NCBI GenBank assembly: GCA_027623195.1
Contig: JAQBUT010000009.1
Coordinates: forward strand, 1 to 64,000
Source: Chloroflexota bacterium
GTDB taxonomy: Bacteria > Chloroflexota > Dehalococcoidia > Lucifugimonadales > JADFKI01
Direction of reading: 5' to 3'
DNA: 64,000 bases
This document shows, piece by piece, positions 18,000 through 29,059 of this stretch; the first letter of the stretch is position 1, and the number at the start of each line of letters is the position of its first letter. The notes under the pieces are model-generated. The model searched no databases, was not told where the DNA came from, and saw nothing but the letters and a program-made list of their open reading frames with translations. A program made the position numbers and the translations under genes.

Positions 18000-19058
18000 C
18001 TAAATACGGTAACAAGCGGCCAAACGGCCGTCGCCCTTGGGTTCAAGACCCGGGTGAGGCGCAGCTTTACAAAATTCGATGGCCATGGGACATCGTTCAT
18101 AAAACCGACACCTGTCCAGCGGATCTATGGGCGCCGACACAGAGCCGTTAATTTCCACTTCGGGGCGCACGTAGGAGGGGTCGGGTACCGGCACAGCGGA
18201 GAGCAAAGCCTTGGTATATGGGTGCTTGGGGTTGCGCAGCAGATCCTCTGTTTCACCTGACTCCACTATTTTACCCATATACATCACGGCAATTTGATCG
18301 CACATATAGCGGGCCGTGGCTAGATCGTGCGTGATGTACAGATAGCCGATTCCCAAGTCCCTACGCAGGTCGTTCATCAGCTTCATCACTCCAGCACGGA
18401 CGGACACATCCAACATAGACGTTGGCTCGTCTGCAACGACCAATGCCGGGCCTAGCACCAGGGCCCGCGCTATGGCGACCCTCTGCCTCTGACCACCCGA
18501 AAGCTGGTGTGGGTATCGAAAGAGAAAGCCTTCTGCCGGAGACATTCCCACCATCTCCAGCATTTCGGAGACGCGATGGCGGCGCTCCAAGATGTTGCCT
18601 ACCCCCTGCACCACCAAAGGCTCAGCGACTGCGTCGAAGACGGTAAAGCGAGGATTTATCGACTGATAGGGGTCCTGAAAGATCATCTGAGCTTGAGACC
18701 GAAAGGCCTTCAACTGGCGGCCATTCAGCGTCGCGACGTCAACAGGGCCGTTCTGAAAATCGTGGAATGTTACGCTTCCAGACGAAGGCTCAATCAATCT
18801 CAATGCAAGCCTGGCCAATGTGGTCTTACCGCAGCCGGATTCACCGACAAGACCGAGACTTCCGCCACGGGGTATCTTCAGGGTTACATCGTCGACAGCA
18901 TGCAGATAGCTCTTCCGCCTGCTTATGAAACCGCCTGACATGGCAAAGCGTTTAGAAACTTCCTGCATTTCCAACAACGTTCCGACGGAGGCATCATTCG
19001 TGTCAGTACTGACCTGTAACGGCGCAGTGTCCACGACTTCGACATCGTGGGGATTCAC
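18000..19058 (-). CDS. Oligopeptide/dipeptide ABC ATPase (OppF/DppF-like)
   Basis: [18 protein letters not shown]-terminal HPYT and Cys motif. Confidence 0.93.
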   Translation of the reverse strand: MNPHDVEVVDTAPLQVSTDTNDASVGTLLEMQEVSKRFAMSGGFISRRKSYLHAVDDVTLKIPRGGSLGLVGESGCGKTTLARLALRLIEPSSGSVTFHDFQNGPVDVATLNGRQLKAFRSQAQMIFQDPYQSINPRFTVFDAVAEPLVVQGVGNILERRHRVSEMLEMVGMSPAEGFLFRYPHQLSGGQRQRVAIARALVLGPALVVADEPTSMLDVSVRAGVMKLMNDLRRDLGIGYLYITHDLATARYMCDQIAVMYMGKIVESGETEDLLRNPKHPYTKALLSAVPVPDPSYVRPEVEINGSVSAPIDPLDRCRFYERCPMAIEFCKAAPHPGLEPKGDGRLAACYRI

Positions 19059-20086
19059 CTCGTTGGCACCCCGTTAACGTCTCCCGAGGGCAGCTCCGTC
19101 CTGTGCGTGACCGGACGCTCCAGGGCACCGTCCTGCGGATTCCAACAGGCATATCGGTGACCCAGGTGGTCCACCAGCGTTGGCTGTATGATCCTGCACA
19201 TGTCTGTGGAGTGGGCGCAGCGGTCAGCGAACCTACAGCCCTCAGACTCGACGGTTAGGTCCGGCGGCTCACCTTCCAAGACGACAAGCTCTTTCTTCTC
19301 CCCTGTAACACTGGGAAAGGACGACATCAGCGCCGCTGTGTAGGGGTGCCTGGGGCTGCTTAACACTTCGGATGTCTTGCCCAACTCCACCAGTTGCCCG
19401 GCATACATAACACCAACATAGTCCGTAACCTCGGCCACAACACCTATGTCATGCGTCACGTAGATCATCGCCATGTTGAGCTGCTTTTGCAGCAATCGTA
19501 ACTGTCGCAGAATCCTGTCCTGGGATATCACGTCCAGCGCAGTTGTGGGTTCGTCAGCGATAACCAGGTCTGGCTCGCAGGACAATGCCATCGCGATGAC
19601 GGCCCTCTGCTTCATGCCTCCGCTGTACTCGTGAGGGTATCTGTTCATGAAATTGCGGTCCAATCCAATCAGGTCAAACAGATCCCCAACCGTACTCATG
19701 GCCTGATGATGAGAAACGCTCTGGTGCGCCTCTATGGCCTCCGCAATCTGCTCCCCGACCTTGTATACCGGGTCCAGAGAGTTCATAGCGGCTTGAAACA
19801 CCATGGAAATTCTGTTCCACCTATAGGGGCGCATCTGGTTCTCATCCAGATGAAACAGATCGACCCCGTCCAGCAAGATTCGTCCGCCTGTGAGCTTGCT
19901 GTTTTCAGGCAGCAGCTTCATCAAGGCAAGACCCAACGATGTCTTTCCACCGCCTGACTCACCCACCAGGCCTAACGATTGCCCCCTGTCCAACGAGAAC
20001 GACACCGAGTCAACGGCGGTCAGGCTGCCTTGCATCGTCTGGTATCGCAAGGTAAGGTCCCGTACTTCCAGAAGCGGTCGGCTCAT
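19055..20086 (-). CDS. Oligopeptide/dipeptide ABC ATPase (OppD/DppD-like)
   Basis: GESGGGKTS, YSGGMKQR, DEPTTALD. Confidence 0.93.
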   Translation of the reverse strand: MSRPLLEVRDLTLRYQTMQGSLTAVDSVSFSLDRGQSLGLVGESGGGKTSLGLALMKLLPENSKLTGGRILLDGVDLFHLDENQMRPYRWNRISMVFQAAMNSLDPVYKVGEQIAEAIEAHQSVSHHQAMSTVGDLFDLIGLDRNFMNRYPHEYSGGMKQRAVIAMALSCEPDLVIADEPTTALDVISQDRILRQLRLLQKQLNMAMIYVTHDIGVVAEVTDYVGVMYAGQLVELGKTSEVLSSPRHPYTAALMSSFPSVTGEKKELVVLEGEPPDLTVESEGCRFADRCAHSTDMCRIIQPTLVDHLGHRYACWNPQDGALERPVTHRTELPSGDVNGVPTR

Positions 20087-21033
20087 TGGCGTCTTAACCT
20101 TGGGTTGAAGACCTCATCCAACGCACGCCCTACCAGGTAGAAGGAAGAGCACAATAATGTGATGGACAGGCTGGGGGGCAACATCAGCCACCAGTAGTCC
20201 TTTACCAGGAGAAGAAACCCCGCGCTCTCGGTGGTATGAATCATCAGGCCCCAGCTAATGCGGGTATCCAGAAGACCAAGAAATGAGAGAGTCGCCTCAG
20301 AGAAAATTGCGCCCGTCACAGTGAACATCATGTATAGAAACGAGACCGGAAGCAGACTGGGAACAATATGCCTCGTGATGATGTGGAAGTGGCTCCCACC
20401 GGCCGAACGAGCGGCCTCGATGTAGGGGTTGACCTTAATGCCCAACGCCTGTGATTTCACTACTACGGCCGCCGTGCCGAAACCGCCAAGCACACCTATG
20501 ACCAGTCCCAATTCCAGCAAACCAATGCTAAAGAATCCTCCTAAAACTATTAGTAATGATATGAACGGCATCATAATCATCAGGTCGGCAAGGCGCATGA
20601 GGAGCATGTCTACGATCCCACCGTAGTATGCCGCTACGGCGCCCGCAGACGTAGCAATGGTCACCGTGACCAGGGCTGCGAAAACGCCCAGCAGGAATTC
20701 AGACCGGGCACTGGCCATTAGCTGACTTAACACATCCCGTCCATAAGGGTCCGTGCCCAAGAGATGTTGAAGACTTGGCGATGCAGGCTGATCAATCTGG
20801 CTGAGGTCTAAGCCAATCACCGGATCGTATATTGCGGGGTTCCACACCGTATGCATGAGCACCGGGTAGACAATCACCAGTTGCAGGTAGAACCCGATTA
20901 TCCCCAGGCCTATCAGACCTATCTTCGTCTGGACAAATAGGGCCCAATGGAACCTTAGTTTTTCATCCCAAAGAGAAAAGCGTATTCTCCAGATAGGGAC
21001 ATCAACGCCTGTTTGCTGAATTTGCTCGGCCAT
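20083..21033 (-). CDS. Peptide ABC permease (OppC/DppC-like)
   Basis: HLLGTDPYGRD, EAA loop YIEAARSAG. Confidence 0.92.
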   Translation of the reverse strand: MAEQIQQTGVDVPIWRIRFSLWDEKLRFHWALFVQTKIGLIGLGIIGFYLQLVIVYPVLMHTVWNPAIYDPVIGLDLSQIDQPASPSLQHLLGTDPYGRDVLSQLMASARSEFLLGVFAALVTVTIATSAGAVAAYYGGIVDMLLMRLADLMIMMPFISLLIVLGGFFSIGLLELGLVIGVLGGFGTAAVVVKSQALGIKVNPYIEAARSAGGSHFHIITRHIVPSLLPVSFLYMMFTVTGAIFSEATLSFLGLLDTRISWGLMIHTTESAGFLLLVKDYWWLMLPPSLSITLLCSSFYLVGRALDEVFNPRLRRQ

Positions 21034-22187
21034 TAGCGATGCCTGAGCCTGGGGTCCAGATACATATGGAGCAGGTCGGCCACCAGATGCGCCACCACAA
21101 CCAGCAGTCCTGTGAATACGAACGCACCCAAGGCCAGGGGTATGTCATTTTGTCTGACGGCGCTCACCAGAGCCTGCCCCATCCCTGGCCAGGAAAAAAC
21201 GGACTCGATGATGACGCCACCGTCAATGGCGAAAGTCAGGGAGAACAGAAAACTGGTCACCACGGGAAGCATGGCGTTTCGGGCCACGTGGCCATCGCGC
21301 ACCTGCTTCTCGGACAACCCTTTGGCCCGCGCAGCAAGAACGAAATCCTCTTTCATGGTTTCCAACATACTGTTGCGGGTAATCAACATGGTGCCCGCGA
21401 AGGAGATTAGCGTCAGTGTGGCCAAGGGCAGAATCATATGCCTCATGATATCGATGGTCAGGTATCCCAGCCCTGTTGCGTCCCAAATCAAAGCAATGAA
21501 AGCCAACGACAGGGCCGCAGCCACGGGCGTCACCCAGCGCCGTCGCAACGACGTAAATCTAAGAGAAGCTAGCTTGATTGCTAGTAAGACTACGAATATG
21601 GCGCCAACACTCCAAAACATCCTGATAAATACATAATTCCCGTCCACAGTAGCATCCCGCCACAGCAGCGGGTCCAAGAATTTACCTACAGGAAACCAGT
21701 TCAGTGTGAGTCCAAAGAACCAGAGGATCATCAGGGCGAACCAGGGAGTGAAGATAGTGAAAAGGGAGACACCGCCCAAGGTAGCGGCGTATTCAGTTAC
21801 ACTGCCCCGTCGCCAGGCTATCAATTTGCCCATTGAGAAACCCATGTAAAAAGAGATCACCGATGCTGTCACGAAAAGCATCACGGTTCTTGGAAGGCGC
21901 TCCATTAAGATGCTTCCTACAGATCGAGGATAAAATCCAAACGAAACGTCGAAGTTACCCGTGGCGTAGTTCTTCAAATGCTTCAGATACTGACTCCACA
22001 TTGGATCGTCGCATCCCAAGAGACGAGCCAGTCTTTCTCTGGCCTCAGGCGGTATGTTCGGGTTAAGAAGCCACATGTTGCAGTAGTCGCCCGGCTGTGC
22101 CTGAATCAGCAAAAAGCCCAGGCTGAAGAACACGAATAGGGTGATTACTATCTGTGCTGCTCGTTTGGTCAGGTAGCTGGTCATCAA
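21033..22187 (-). CDS. Peptide ABC permease (OppB/DppB-like)
   Basis: EDFVLAARAKGL, IESVFSWPGMG. Confidence 0.92.
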   Translation of the reverse strand: MMTSYLTKRAAQIVITLFVFFSLGFLLIQAQPGDYCNMWLLNPNIPPEARERLARLLGCDDPMWSQYLKHLKNYATGNFDVSFGFYPRSVGSILMERLPRTVMLFVTASVISFYMGFSMGKLIAWRRGSVTEYAATLGGVSLFTIFTPWFALMILWFFGLTLNWFPVGKFLDPLLWRDATVDGNYVFIRMFWSVGAIFVVLLAIKLASLRFTSLRRRWVTPVAAALSLAFIALIWDATGLGYLTIDIMRHMILPLATLTLISFAGTMLITRNSMLETMKEDFVLAARAKGLSEKQVRDGHVARNAMLPVVTSFLFSLTFAIDGGVIIESVFSWPGMGQALVSAVRQNDIPLALGAFVFTGLLVVVAHLVADLLHMYLDPRLRHR

Positions 22188-22238
22188 CCTCTCGTAAAGA
22201 AACTAGCGTTCGCCGTTGGGGCTCCCAATGTCAAATCC

Positions 22239-22270
22239 GAAGGGCGCGCCGATAATTCGGCGCGCCCTTC
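22239..22270. other. Stem-loop between the SBP and permease genes (likely mRNA stabiliser/attenuator)
   Basis: GAAGGGCGCGCCGA-TAAT-TCGGCGCGCCCTTC, perfect 14-bp stem, no U tract. Confidence 0.7.
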
Positions 22271-22296
22271 AGCAATTCAGTGCGAAACCAGACCGA

Positions 22297-24258
22297 TCAC
22301 TCTATCTGGACTGTCCTGTGCAAGCCGTTGACGAACTCAAGGCCGCCCAGAGCATTTGTGTAGGGGTACTGCAGCTTGCTGGTCCTGAAAGCGTCCACGA
22401 GCTGAGGCGAGAACAGCACAACGTAAGGCAGGTCCTTGGCCACAAACTCCTGCATCTCAAACACACGAGTGCGTGAGCCTTCGATTGTGTCGTCATTCAG
22501 GAACTGCTCAGCCAACTCGTCGTACCTGGGGTTGGAATACCCGCCCCAGTTGACGCCGTCCTCGATGTTGCGGGTGTGGAAATAAGCCTCCATGTAGTCC
22601 GGGAACAGGCTAAGGTTCCATCCCATGATCCACATATCCAGTTCGCTTTCCACGTCCTCACTAAAGAGAGTGTCTACAATGACGCCGAAGCCAGTGAGCT
22701 TGGCCTTGGTGGGAATGCCAGCATCGTTCATCCATCGCTCTATCCAGATTGCGAAGGTGGACCTCATTGGGTCGTAGCCGGCGCTAGGAGCAAGGATTCC
22801 CAGAACGGGCATTAGCTCGCCGTTGGGCATTCGCAGCCCTTCGCCAGTTACTTCCACGAAGTTGCCGTCCTCACTAATCTGGGGCTCGACTTCGTACGTG
22901 AAACCCGCCTGCTTCAAAAGCGCAACCGCTTGCTGTAGGCGTTCGGCCCTGTTGAGTCCCTCGCCAATCCTGGCGACGTTAGGGTTGTGCCAGGCGCCAT
23001 TGCCCTCCGGCACCATGCTGTAAGAAGGAAACGCAGATCCTTGAAGGATCGTGCCTGTGACGAATTCCTTATCAATGAGGAGGGCCACAGCCTCGCGGAA
23101 CTCCTGTATGTTGAATGGCGCTTTGCGAGTGTTGAAGCCAAGGTAACGAACCTTGTTGGCCTCATTGGAGACTATATCCAATTCCGGATTGCCCCTGATC
23201 TTATCTTGGAAGGCCCTCTCCAAGCCCTGCGGACTGAAGACGTAGTCGATATCACCCTTTTCCAGGGCCAACATCGCGGCATCCTGGCTGCTGTATACGT
23301 TGAAAATCTCGAAGTCGACGTGTGGCCCTTCTTCAAACTCAAGAGATATGGGGCCGACGGCATCGCCGTAAATCGTGAAGTCGTTTAAGTTGCTAGGATC
23401 GTCTTCACGGTACGCGCCATTTTCATAAAGGAAGACCCTTGTCCCCTGGCGCCAATAGTTATCAGCCCTGGCATTCTCTACGAACGCAGAATCTTCCCAC
23501 CGCTTGGAAACGAATCCATTGGCCGTGGGCTCATTTTCAGGTATGTGGGAGAACAGAGTCTCCTGTTGCGCCGCTATGTCACCTGCCAGCTTTGCCTGCG
23601 CCACTATCGGCTCCCAGTAATGCTGGGGAAGAATAGGCGCGAAGCCCAGGCCGAACTGCCAGACGCTCATACCCGGCTTCATGGGATTGCCGTCCGGGTC
23701 CTCAGCGTAGAAAAACACCTTTACCAAATGGGGAGAAACGGCCTCAACGTGGCTCAGGAAGTCTGGGTCGATAACTCCGTAGAAGTTGTTCCCCAGTTCC
23801 ATTTCCAGTGCCGTATCAACGACGAAGGTGAAGTCGGAAGATGTGATCTGAACACCATCGCTCCAGTAGGCGTTCTCCTTCAGCTTGACCTCTGCGGTCC
23901 AATACTGGGCGCCGTTGATTGTTTCCTTAATCAGCGGCGAAGGAAGTCCGTTGGCAAGCTTTGGCACCCAGTCGAAGCGCTGATGGGAGTAGTCGTACAG
24001 CGTGGTTGCCACCCCGTCTAGAACGTATGCCGTCCAAACGGAGCCGCCAGTACCACCGAAGTAATTCCAGTAGTTGCGGGTGCTAGGCTCCTCGGATATA
24101 CCCATGTTTAATATCACAGGAGCAGGAGTCGGCGGAACCGAAGGAACCACAGGCTCTGATGGGCCGTCGCCGCCACAGGCAACAGCCAACCCTATCAGCG
24201 CAGCAAAAGCGCCGACTACTAAATGCTTGAAACCTATTTGACCATTCACAAGCTGCAT
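22297..24258 (-). CDS. Peptide ABC substrate-binding lipoprotein (family 5)
   Basis: Lipobox AVAC, WSDGVQITSSDF, YLGFNTRKAPF; heads the Opp-like operon. Confidence 0.9.
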   Translation of the reverse strand: MQLVNGQIGFKHLVVGAFAALIGLAVACGGDGPSEPVVPSVPPTPAPVILNMGISEEPSTRNYWNYFGGTGGSVWTAYVLDGVATTLYDYSHQRFDWVPKLANGLPSPLIKETINGAQYWTAEVKLKENAYWSDGVQITSSDFTFVVDTALEMELGNNFYGVIDPDFLSHVEAVSPHLVKVFFYAEDPDGNPMKPGMSVWQFGLGFAPILPQHYWEPIVAQAKLAGDIAAQQETLFSHIPENEPTANGFVSKRWEDSAFVENARADNYWRQGTRVFLYENGAYREDDPSNLNDFTIYGDAVGPISLEFEEGPHVDFEIFNVYSSQDAAMLALEKGDIDYVFSPQGLERAFQDKIRGNPELDIVSNEANKVRYLGFNTRKAPFNIQEFREAVALLIDKEFVTGTILQGSAFPSYSMVPEGNGAWHNPNVARIGEGLNRAERLQQAVALLKQAGFTYEVEPQISEDGNFVEVTGEGLRMPNGELMPVLGILAPSAGYDPMRSTFAIWIERWMNDAGIPTKAKLTGFGVIVDTLFSEDVESELDMWIMGWNLSLFPDYMEAYFHTRNIEDGVNWGGYSNPRYDELAEQFLNDDTIEGSRTRVFEMQEFVAKDLPYVVLFSPQLVDAFRTSKLQYPYTNALGGLEFVNGLHRTVQIE

Positions 24259-24395
24259 CCTTCCGTTCTGTAAGGGCGTATGCTGTTACAAATGGCCTTG
24301 TGGTTTTCTATTCAAACATAATCCACCCCAAGTACACTCTGCACTTATACCGTGGACGACCTGCCTACAAGCCTGAGTTTCTTTTTCCTTAAAAT

Positions 24396-24427
24396 AAAAA
24401 AGAGGCAACCCAGCGGGCTGCCTCTCT
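24396..24427 (-). terminator. Intrinsic terminator after the SDR gene
   Basis: Minus strand AGAGGCAGCCC-GCT-GGGTTGCCTCT followed by T-run. Confidence 0.75.
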
Positions 24428-24473
24428 AAATGCCAAATAATTCCCAGACTATGCCAAAAATTAGGACAATTCC

Positions 24474-25229
24474 CTAAAGAATACCTACCTCGTCAGACGT
24501 GTCTCTCAGGTAGGTTGGCCTGATGACCAGCTCTGGAATACAGGCTCGCTGAGGGAGGCTGGCAATCAGCGTGATGGCCTCCGCAGCGTCATCCGCAGTC
24601 ACCATCGTGTCTCTGGAATCCCGGGAAGGATTGACTGGACGGCCATCTAGAATCGGCGTATCCACTTCTCCTGGTATTAACACGCTGGCACGAATTCCGG
24701 TATTCTTGTACTCCGAATTCAGGAAGCCAGTGAAGTTTATCACGGCGGCTTTCGCTGCCCCATACGCCATGCCCGCCAGCAGACCTGGGCTAACCCCGGC
24801 CAACGATGAGACGTTGATAATCGTACCTTCCCCGCGCTCCAACATGTGGGGCATAACCGCTTGGGCCAGGAAGACGGTCCCAATGAGGTTCGAGTCCATG
24901 ACGCTTCGCAACTCCTCCGGAGTAGTGCTGAGCAGCATGCGGTGAGTCGAGCTGTGTCCTGCGTTATTCACAAGGACGTCCACCTGCCCAAAGTCACCCA
25001 ACACGTCCTTGACCAGTCGCAGGCCAGCCTCCTTGTCTGAGACATCCAGCCTGGCTGCGGTGGCGATGCCACCAGCGGATTCTATTTCCTTCTGAACCTG
25101 CTCTACTTTGGACGCGGTTCTTCCCACTACCACGACTTTCGCACCGGCCTTGGCCATCATCAGTGCTGTGCTCCGTCCGATGCCACTGCCGCCGCCGGTT
25201 ATGATGCATACCTTGCCATCAAGGCCCAT
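24474..25229 (-). CDS. Short-chain dehydrogenase/reductase
   Basis: TGGGSGIG, NNAG, YGAAK. Confidence 0.93.
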   Translation of the reverse strand: MGLDGKVCIITGGGSGIGRSTALMMAKAGAKVVVVGRTASKVEQVQKEIESAGGIATAARLDVSDKEAGLRLVKDVLGDFGQVDVLVNNAGHSSTHRMLLSTTPEELRSVMDSNLIGTVFLAQAVMPHMLERGEGTIINVSSLAGVSPGLLAGMAYGAAKAAVINFTGFLNSEYKNTGIRASVLIPGEVDTPILDGRPVNPSRDSRDTMVTADDAAEAITLIASLPQRACIPELVIRPTYLRDTSDEVGIL

Positions 25230-25355
25230 AGCTTACCTCGCTGATTTTTATTTACGTTTCGCCGTCAGAGTATAGCACCCACTCTAGGAATCGCCGCTCG
25301 GGGAATGAACACCGGCCAAGGTCCTACAATAGACTAGGGAGGCAGTCAACTGAGG

Positions 25356-26525
25356 CTAGGATTTCGGCTGGTCAATGCCAAGCTCTTTGCGGCGATGCAG
25401 ATACTCAATGATGTCCGCCCTGGTGACCATACCTATCAGCCGTCCCTCGTAGAGAACAGGAGACTGGTGAATGGAGTTTTCCGCCAGCAGCCCCAACGCG
25501 TCGGAGAGGTCTTCTTGAGGCTCCACGGAAAGCACGGGAATGGGCGTCATGATGTCTCGCACCGGCGTGGTGGGCCAGTTGTCCCTTTCGACCTTCTTCA
25601 CGTCGGTCAACGAAACGATGCCTGCCAGGCGATCGCCCTCGCACACCGGCATTGCCCTTACGCCGTCCTGCATCAGGTGGTCGTAAACGACATCGAACAC
25701 GGACATGCCTGGGTCCACCGAGGCCAGCGAAGGGCGCATAACGTCTCGAACGTGGACGCCCTTCATGACGGCCTCGACTTCCATCTCCCGTAGTGTTGAG
25801 CCGGCAGCCGACTGTAGGAACCACCCAATCAACGCAATCCACAGCCAGCTCACCTCATGGAGCCAAATGACCAGGGATACACCGGCTGCTATCAACGCCA
25901 ATCCAGCGGCCTGACCGATGCGCGCAGATATCTTGGTGGCCTTTGCAAAGTTACCGGAGAAGGCCCAAATTACGGAGCGTAGCACTCTGCCGCCGTCCAG
26001 TGGAAAGGCAGGCACCATGTTAAAGAAGGCCAGCAGCAGGTTTATGACCCACAGGTAGCCCAGGATGGCCTGCAACGGAGATAACTCCCGAACCTCTAGA
26101 ACCAGCGGTGTGGAATCCAGGGCGTCGCCGCCTATGGCCCCTAAAATCAGCAGAAAAAGTACCGCAAGTACGAGGCTCGTGGCAGGACCAACTGCGGATA
26201 TGACGAACTCGTCCTTGGCGCGCCGAGCCTCAGCCTGAAGGTTGCTGACTCCCCCAAGCAGGAAGAGTGTTATGCCTTCTACCGGGTACCCTTTGGACTT
26301 GGCGACAATGGAGTGCGCCAGCTCGTGTATCAGCACGGATAAAAAGAGTAGCAAAGCCGAGATCAGTCCCAGGCCCCATCTGGTAGCCTCTGACCAAGCC
26401 GGGTTAGCAACGGGAAAAAAGCTTCTGGCCAGACTCCAGGTAATTAAAGCCAGTATGAAGAACCAACTGAAATGAATACCGATCTCAATGCCGGCTATCT
26501 TGACTAGACGAAATGTAGACTTCAA
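25356..26525 (-). CDS. Site-2 protease (M50) with tandem CBS domains (Rip3-like)
   Basis: HELAH, FNMVPAFPLDGGR, two C-terminal CBS domains. Confidence 0.93.
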   Translation of the reverse strand: MKSTFRLVKIAGIEIGIHFSWFFILALITWSLARSFFPVANPAWSEATRWGLGLISALLLFLSVLIHELAHSIVAKSKGYPVEGITLFLLGGVSNLQAEARRAKDEFVISAVGPATSLVLAVLFLLILGAIGGDALDSTPLVLEVRELSPLQAILGYLWVINLLLAFFNMVPAFPLDGGRVLRSVIWAFSGNFAKATKISARIGQAAGLALIAAGVSLVIWLHEVSWLWIALIGWFLQSAAGSTLREMEVEAVMKGVHVRDVMRPSLASVDPGMSVFDVVYDHLMQDGVRAMPVCEGDRLAGIVSLTDVKKVERDNWPTTPVRDIMTPIPVLSVEPQEDLSDALGLLAENSIHQSPVLYEGRLIGMVTRADIIEYLHRRKELGIDQPKS

Positions 26526-26596
26526 CAGAACGTCTCCATAGTGGGTGGGTTTGCGACGTTAATCATGCTAACTTTTCGCCTCCAGAGTTTTGTCAG

Positions 26597-27730
26597 TTAT
26601 CCCGCTATGGTCACTCCGATGATGCTACCGATGACAAAAGTGACCGCAGCGGCTGCCCCTCCGGCTAGCAACATTCTTATCGCACCGTAGTACATGCTCC
26701 TGCCTGACGCCAGGGCCAATGTCCCACCCACCAGGGCCAACGCTATCACGCTAAGCACGGCGCTCAAGACGAAGGCCAGTGACCCGAGATGGAATATGTA
26801 TGGGATTATGGGAACAATGGCACCTCCCACAAAGGCCGTAAATGAGCTTATTGCCGCACCCCATGGAGAGCCAAGGTCCTGGGGGTCCAAACCCAGTTCC
26901 TCGCGTGCCATAGTATCCAACGCCACCTGGGGGTTGGTCATTATTCGCCCCGCTACCCGCTTGGCCTCCTCTTCCGAAAGCCCCTTCGCCTGGTAGATTA
27001 GTACCAGCTCCTCCTCTTCCTCTTCTGGGAACTCCTCCAGTTCCGCAGCCTCAATGTCGATCTGATATTCGTACACGTCGCGCTGGGAGCGAACTGAAAC
27101 GTACTCACCGGCTGCCATCGAAAAAGCTCCGGCCAAAAGTCCGGCGACGCCCGCCAACAAGATAAAGCTGGCCTGATCGGTGCCGCCTGCTACTCCCATG
27201 ACCAGACCGAAGTTGGAAACCAGCCCATCGTTTACGCCTAGCACAGCGGCCCTCAGGCTTCCACCGGATCCGCTGAACCTGTGCCAGCGTTCACCTCGGA
27301 GGGCCTCCATAGGGTCCACCCCAGCCGCCATCTGACGCAAAGCCCTGGCATGTCTTCGCTCCTCAGTTGCGAAGTCCTTGGCCTCCGGGTCGGAAGCGTA
27401 TGCCGCAACGTCCTTGGCTTCTCCTCGAAGGAGCCAAGGGATCACTCTTGAGGTGCCGAACATGCTGGCGCCTTTTCTGTAGAGGCCCAGCTTTAGGCCG
27501 CCACCTGAAGGCTGCAACTGCGACAGGTCCAAGCCCAGCTTCTCAGCCCAACGTGAGGCGTGGCGCATTTCAGCTTCAACCAATTTGCCGAAAACCTCGG
27601 CCTTGGCGGCATCAGGCTCCACCTCAGCCATAGCGCGATACATTGCGGCGGCCTCTAGCTCTGCTTCCAGGTAATCGCGGTACTGCTTTAAACGCTTTGG
27701 GCTTGGGGTAATATCAGGTGATTCAACCAA
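26597..27730 (-). CDS. Ferritin/rubrerythrin-like domain fused to a VIT1/CCC1 transporter
   Basis: N-terminal ExxH motifs (EAEMRH, EERRH); LRAAVLGVNDGLVSN, SMAAGEYVSV. Confidence 0.88.
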   Translation of the reverse strand: MVESPDITPSPKRLKQYRDYLEAELEAAAMYRAMAEVEPDAAKAEVFGKLVEAEMRHASRWAEKLGLDLSQLQPSGGGLKLGLYRKGASMFGTSRVIPWLLRGEAKDVAAYASDPEAKDFATEERRHARALRQMAAGVDPMEALRGERWHRFSGSGGSLRAAVLGVNDGLVSNFGLVMGVAGGTDQASFILLAGVAGLLAGAFSMAAGEYVSVRSQRDVYEYQIDIEAAELEEFPEEEEEELVLIYQAKGLSEEEAKRVAGRIMTNPQVALDTMAREELGLDPQDLGSPWGAAISSFTAFVGGAIVPIIPYIFHLGSLAFVLSAVLSVIALALVGGTLALASGRSMYYGAIRMLLAGGAAAAVTFVIGSIIGVTIAG

Positions 27731-27853
27731 TGGTTTAGTCGCGCTCCTCTAAGTGCTCGGCCTAGAGAAATATAGCACGAAACCACTGGTCAAGTAACGG
27801 TTGAGGAGCTTCTCCGCGGTAGGGTATTTTACTAATATCAGAGCAAGGGGAGG

Positions 27854-28279
27854 CTATCGCGGAGCCGCCAGGACCTCCGAAACAGTTTCCACAAAATGAC
27901 CCATGTCGAATGGCTTGGCAAGGAATTTTGCAATTCGATTATCTCGAATTTGGGCTCTGGTTACCCGGGTGGAGGATATCACGATTACTTTAAACTCTTC
28001 AGACTCGTCCTGATGCGAGGCGTTGCGGATATCGTTTAGCAGTCCCCAACCTGTGCCGTCCGGCAATTCAAGGTCCAGCACCAACAGCGCCGGGATTTCA
28101 CTTGATGCCAGACTGAAGCCCTCCGCACAGGTTTCCGCCGATTTTACACAGAAACCATTAGCTGTTAAGGCCGCCTGGATAGCCCTATTAACCGAGCTAT
28201 CGTCTTCGACAACAAGTATCGACATCGCGCACATTTTCAAGTTCACCCCAACGCAGACCGAACAATTTTCAACATTCAT
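27854..28279 (-). CDS. Single-domain response regulator (receiver only)
   Basis: ILVVEDD, phospho-Asp in LVLDLELPD, KPF; alternative start at 28225. Confidence 0.88.
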   Translation of the reverse strand: MNVENCSVCVGVNLKMCAMSILVVEDDSSVNRAIQAALTANGFCVKSAETCAEGFSLASSEIPALLVLDLELPDGTGWGLLNDIRNASHQDESEEFKVIVISSTRVTRAQIRDNRIAKFLAKPFDMGHFVETVSEVLAAPR

Positions 28280-28285
28280 GATTGA

Positions 28286-28348
28286 ATATTGAATCAGGAT
28301 ACGTGAGAATCGCGTGATTATTCGGCGGACTCTGTGAGGAAATTGTGA
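28286..28348 (-). promoter_or_regulatory. Four-box TCAC direct-repeat operator plus -10 (CAATAT)
   Basis: GTGA on + at 28303, 28314, 28334, 28345 (spacing 11/20/11); same layout as 30773-30835. Confidence 0.65.
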
Positions 28349-28360
28349 AGGATACCAGCC

Positions 28361-29059
28361 CTAGACAAAAAGTCGGTAACCCATACCTGGCTGAGTCAGT
28401 ATAAGCTCAGGTCGGGACGGATTGGCCTCTAGTTTTCGTCTTAGCTGCTTGATGAAGGTACGCAGGTACTCTGTCTCTTCGCCATATTCAGGCCCCCACA
28501 CTTCGCGCAAAAGCTCTCGGTGAGTAAGCACCTTGCCGGCGTTAATGGTTAGAAATCGGAGCAGTTCGTATTCGGTACGAGTCAAGGATATTTCGCTACC
28601 ATCCTTGAAAACCGTGCGGTGCGCCAGATCGATGTTGACATTGCCCGCCTGCACCACTGCCTCATCTCGGCCGATGCTACCTGAGGCCTGGGCAAACCTA
28701 CGCAAAGCAGAACGCACTCTGGCCAGTAGCTCTTGGATTCCAAATGGCTTAGTGAGGTAATCGTCAGCACCCAGGTCCAGGGCCTGTACCTTTTTCGTCT
28801 CCTCGTCAGTGGCTGAAAGGTTTATGATTGATCCATCGAACCACTCCCTCAGACGAGCCAAGGCCTGGATGCCATCCATGACAGGCATGGACAGGTCCAA
28901 AAGGATCAGATTGGGACTCCACTCAGCGGCCTTGTCCAGGCACTCCTGCCCATCCATGGCCGTCTCAACGGTGTAGCTTTCCGTCCTTAGCTGTCGGGCC
29001 ACAAAGGCCAATAGCTTGGTGTCGTCATCCACGATCAGTATTTTGGCTGCGCCGCTCAT
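28361..29059 (-). CDS. OmpR/PhoB-family response regulator (KdpE-like)
   Basis: Receiver (ILIVDDD, LLDLSMP, GADDYLTKPF) plus winged helix (LTHRELLREVWG, GMGYR); ATG at 29059 overlaps the kinase stop. Confidence 0.93.
   Translation of the reverse strand: MSGAAKILIVDDDTKLLAFVARQLRTESYTVETAMDGQECLDKAAEWSPNLILLDLSMPVMDGIQALARLREWFDGSIINLSATDEETKKVQALDLGADDYLTKPFGIQELLARVRSALRRFAQASGSIGRDEAVVQAGNVNIDLAHRTVFKDGSEISLTRTEYELLRFLTINAGKVLTHRELLREVWGPEYGEETEYLRTFIKQLRRKLEANPSRPELILTQPGMGYRLFV

Noticed and set aside
28361..29059. Calling the regulator/kinase pair kdpE/kdpD
   Set aside because: The kinase lacks KdpD/USP and TM domains and no kdpFABC is present; only the regulator subfamily resembles KdpE.
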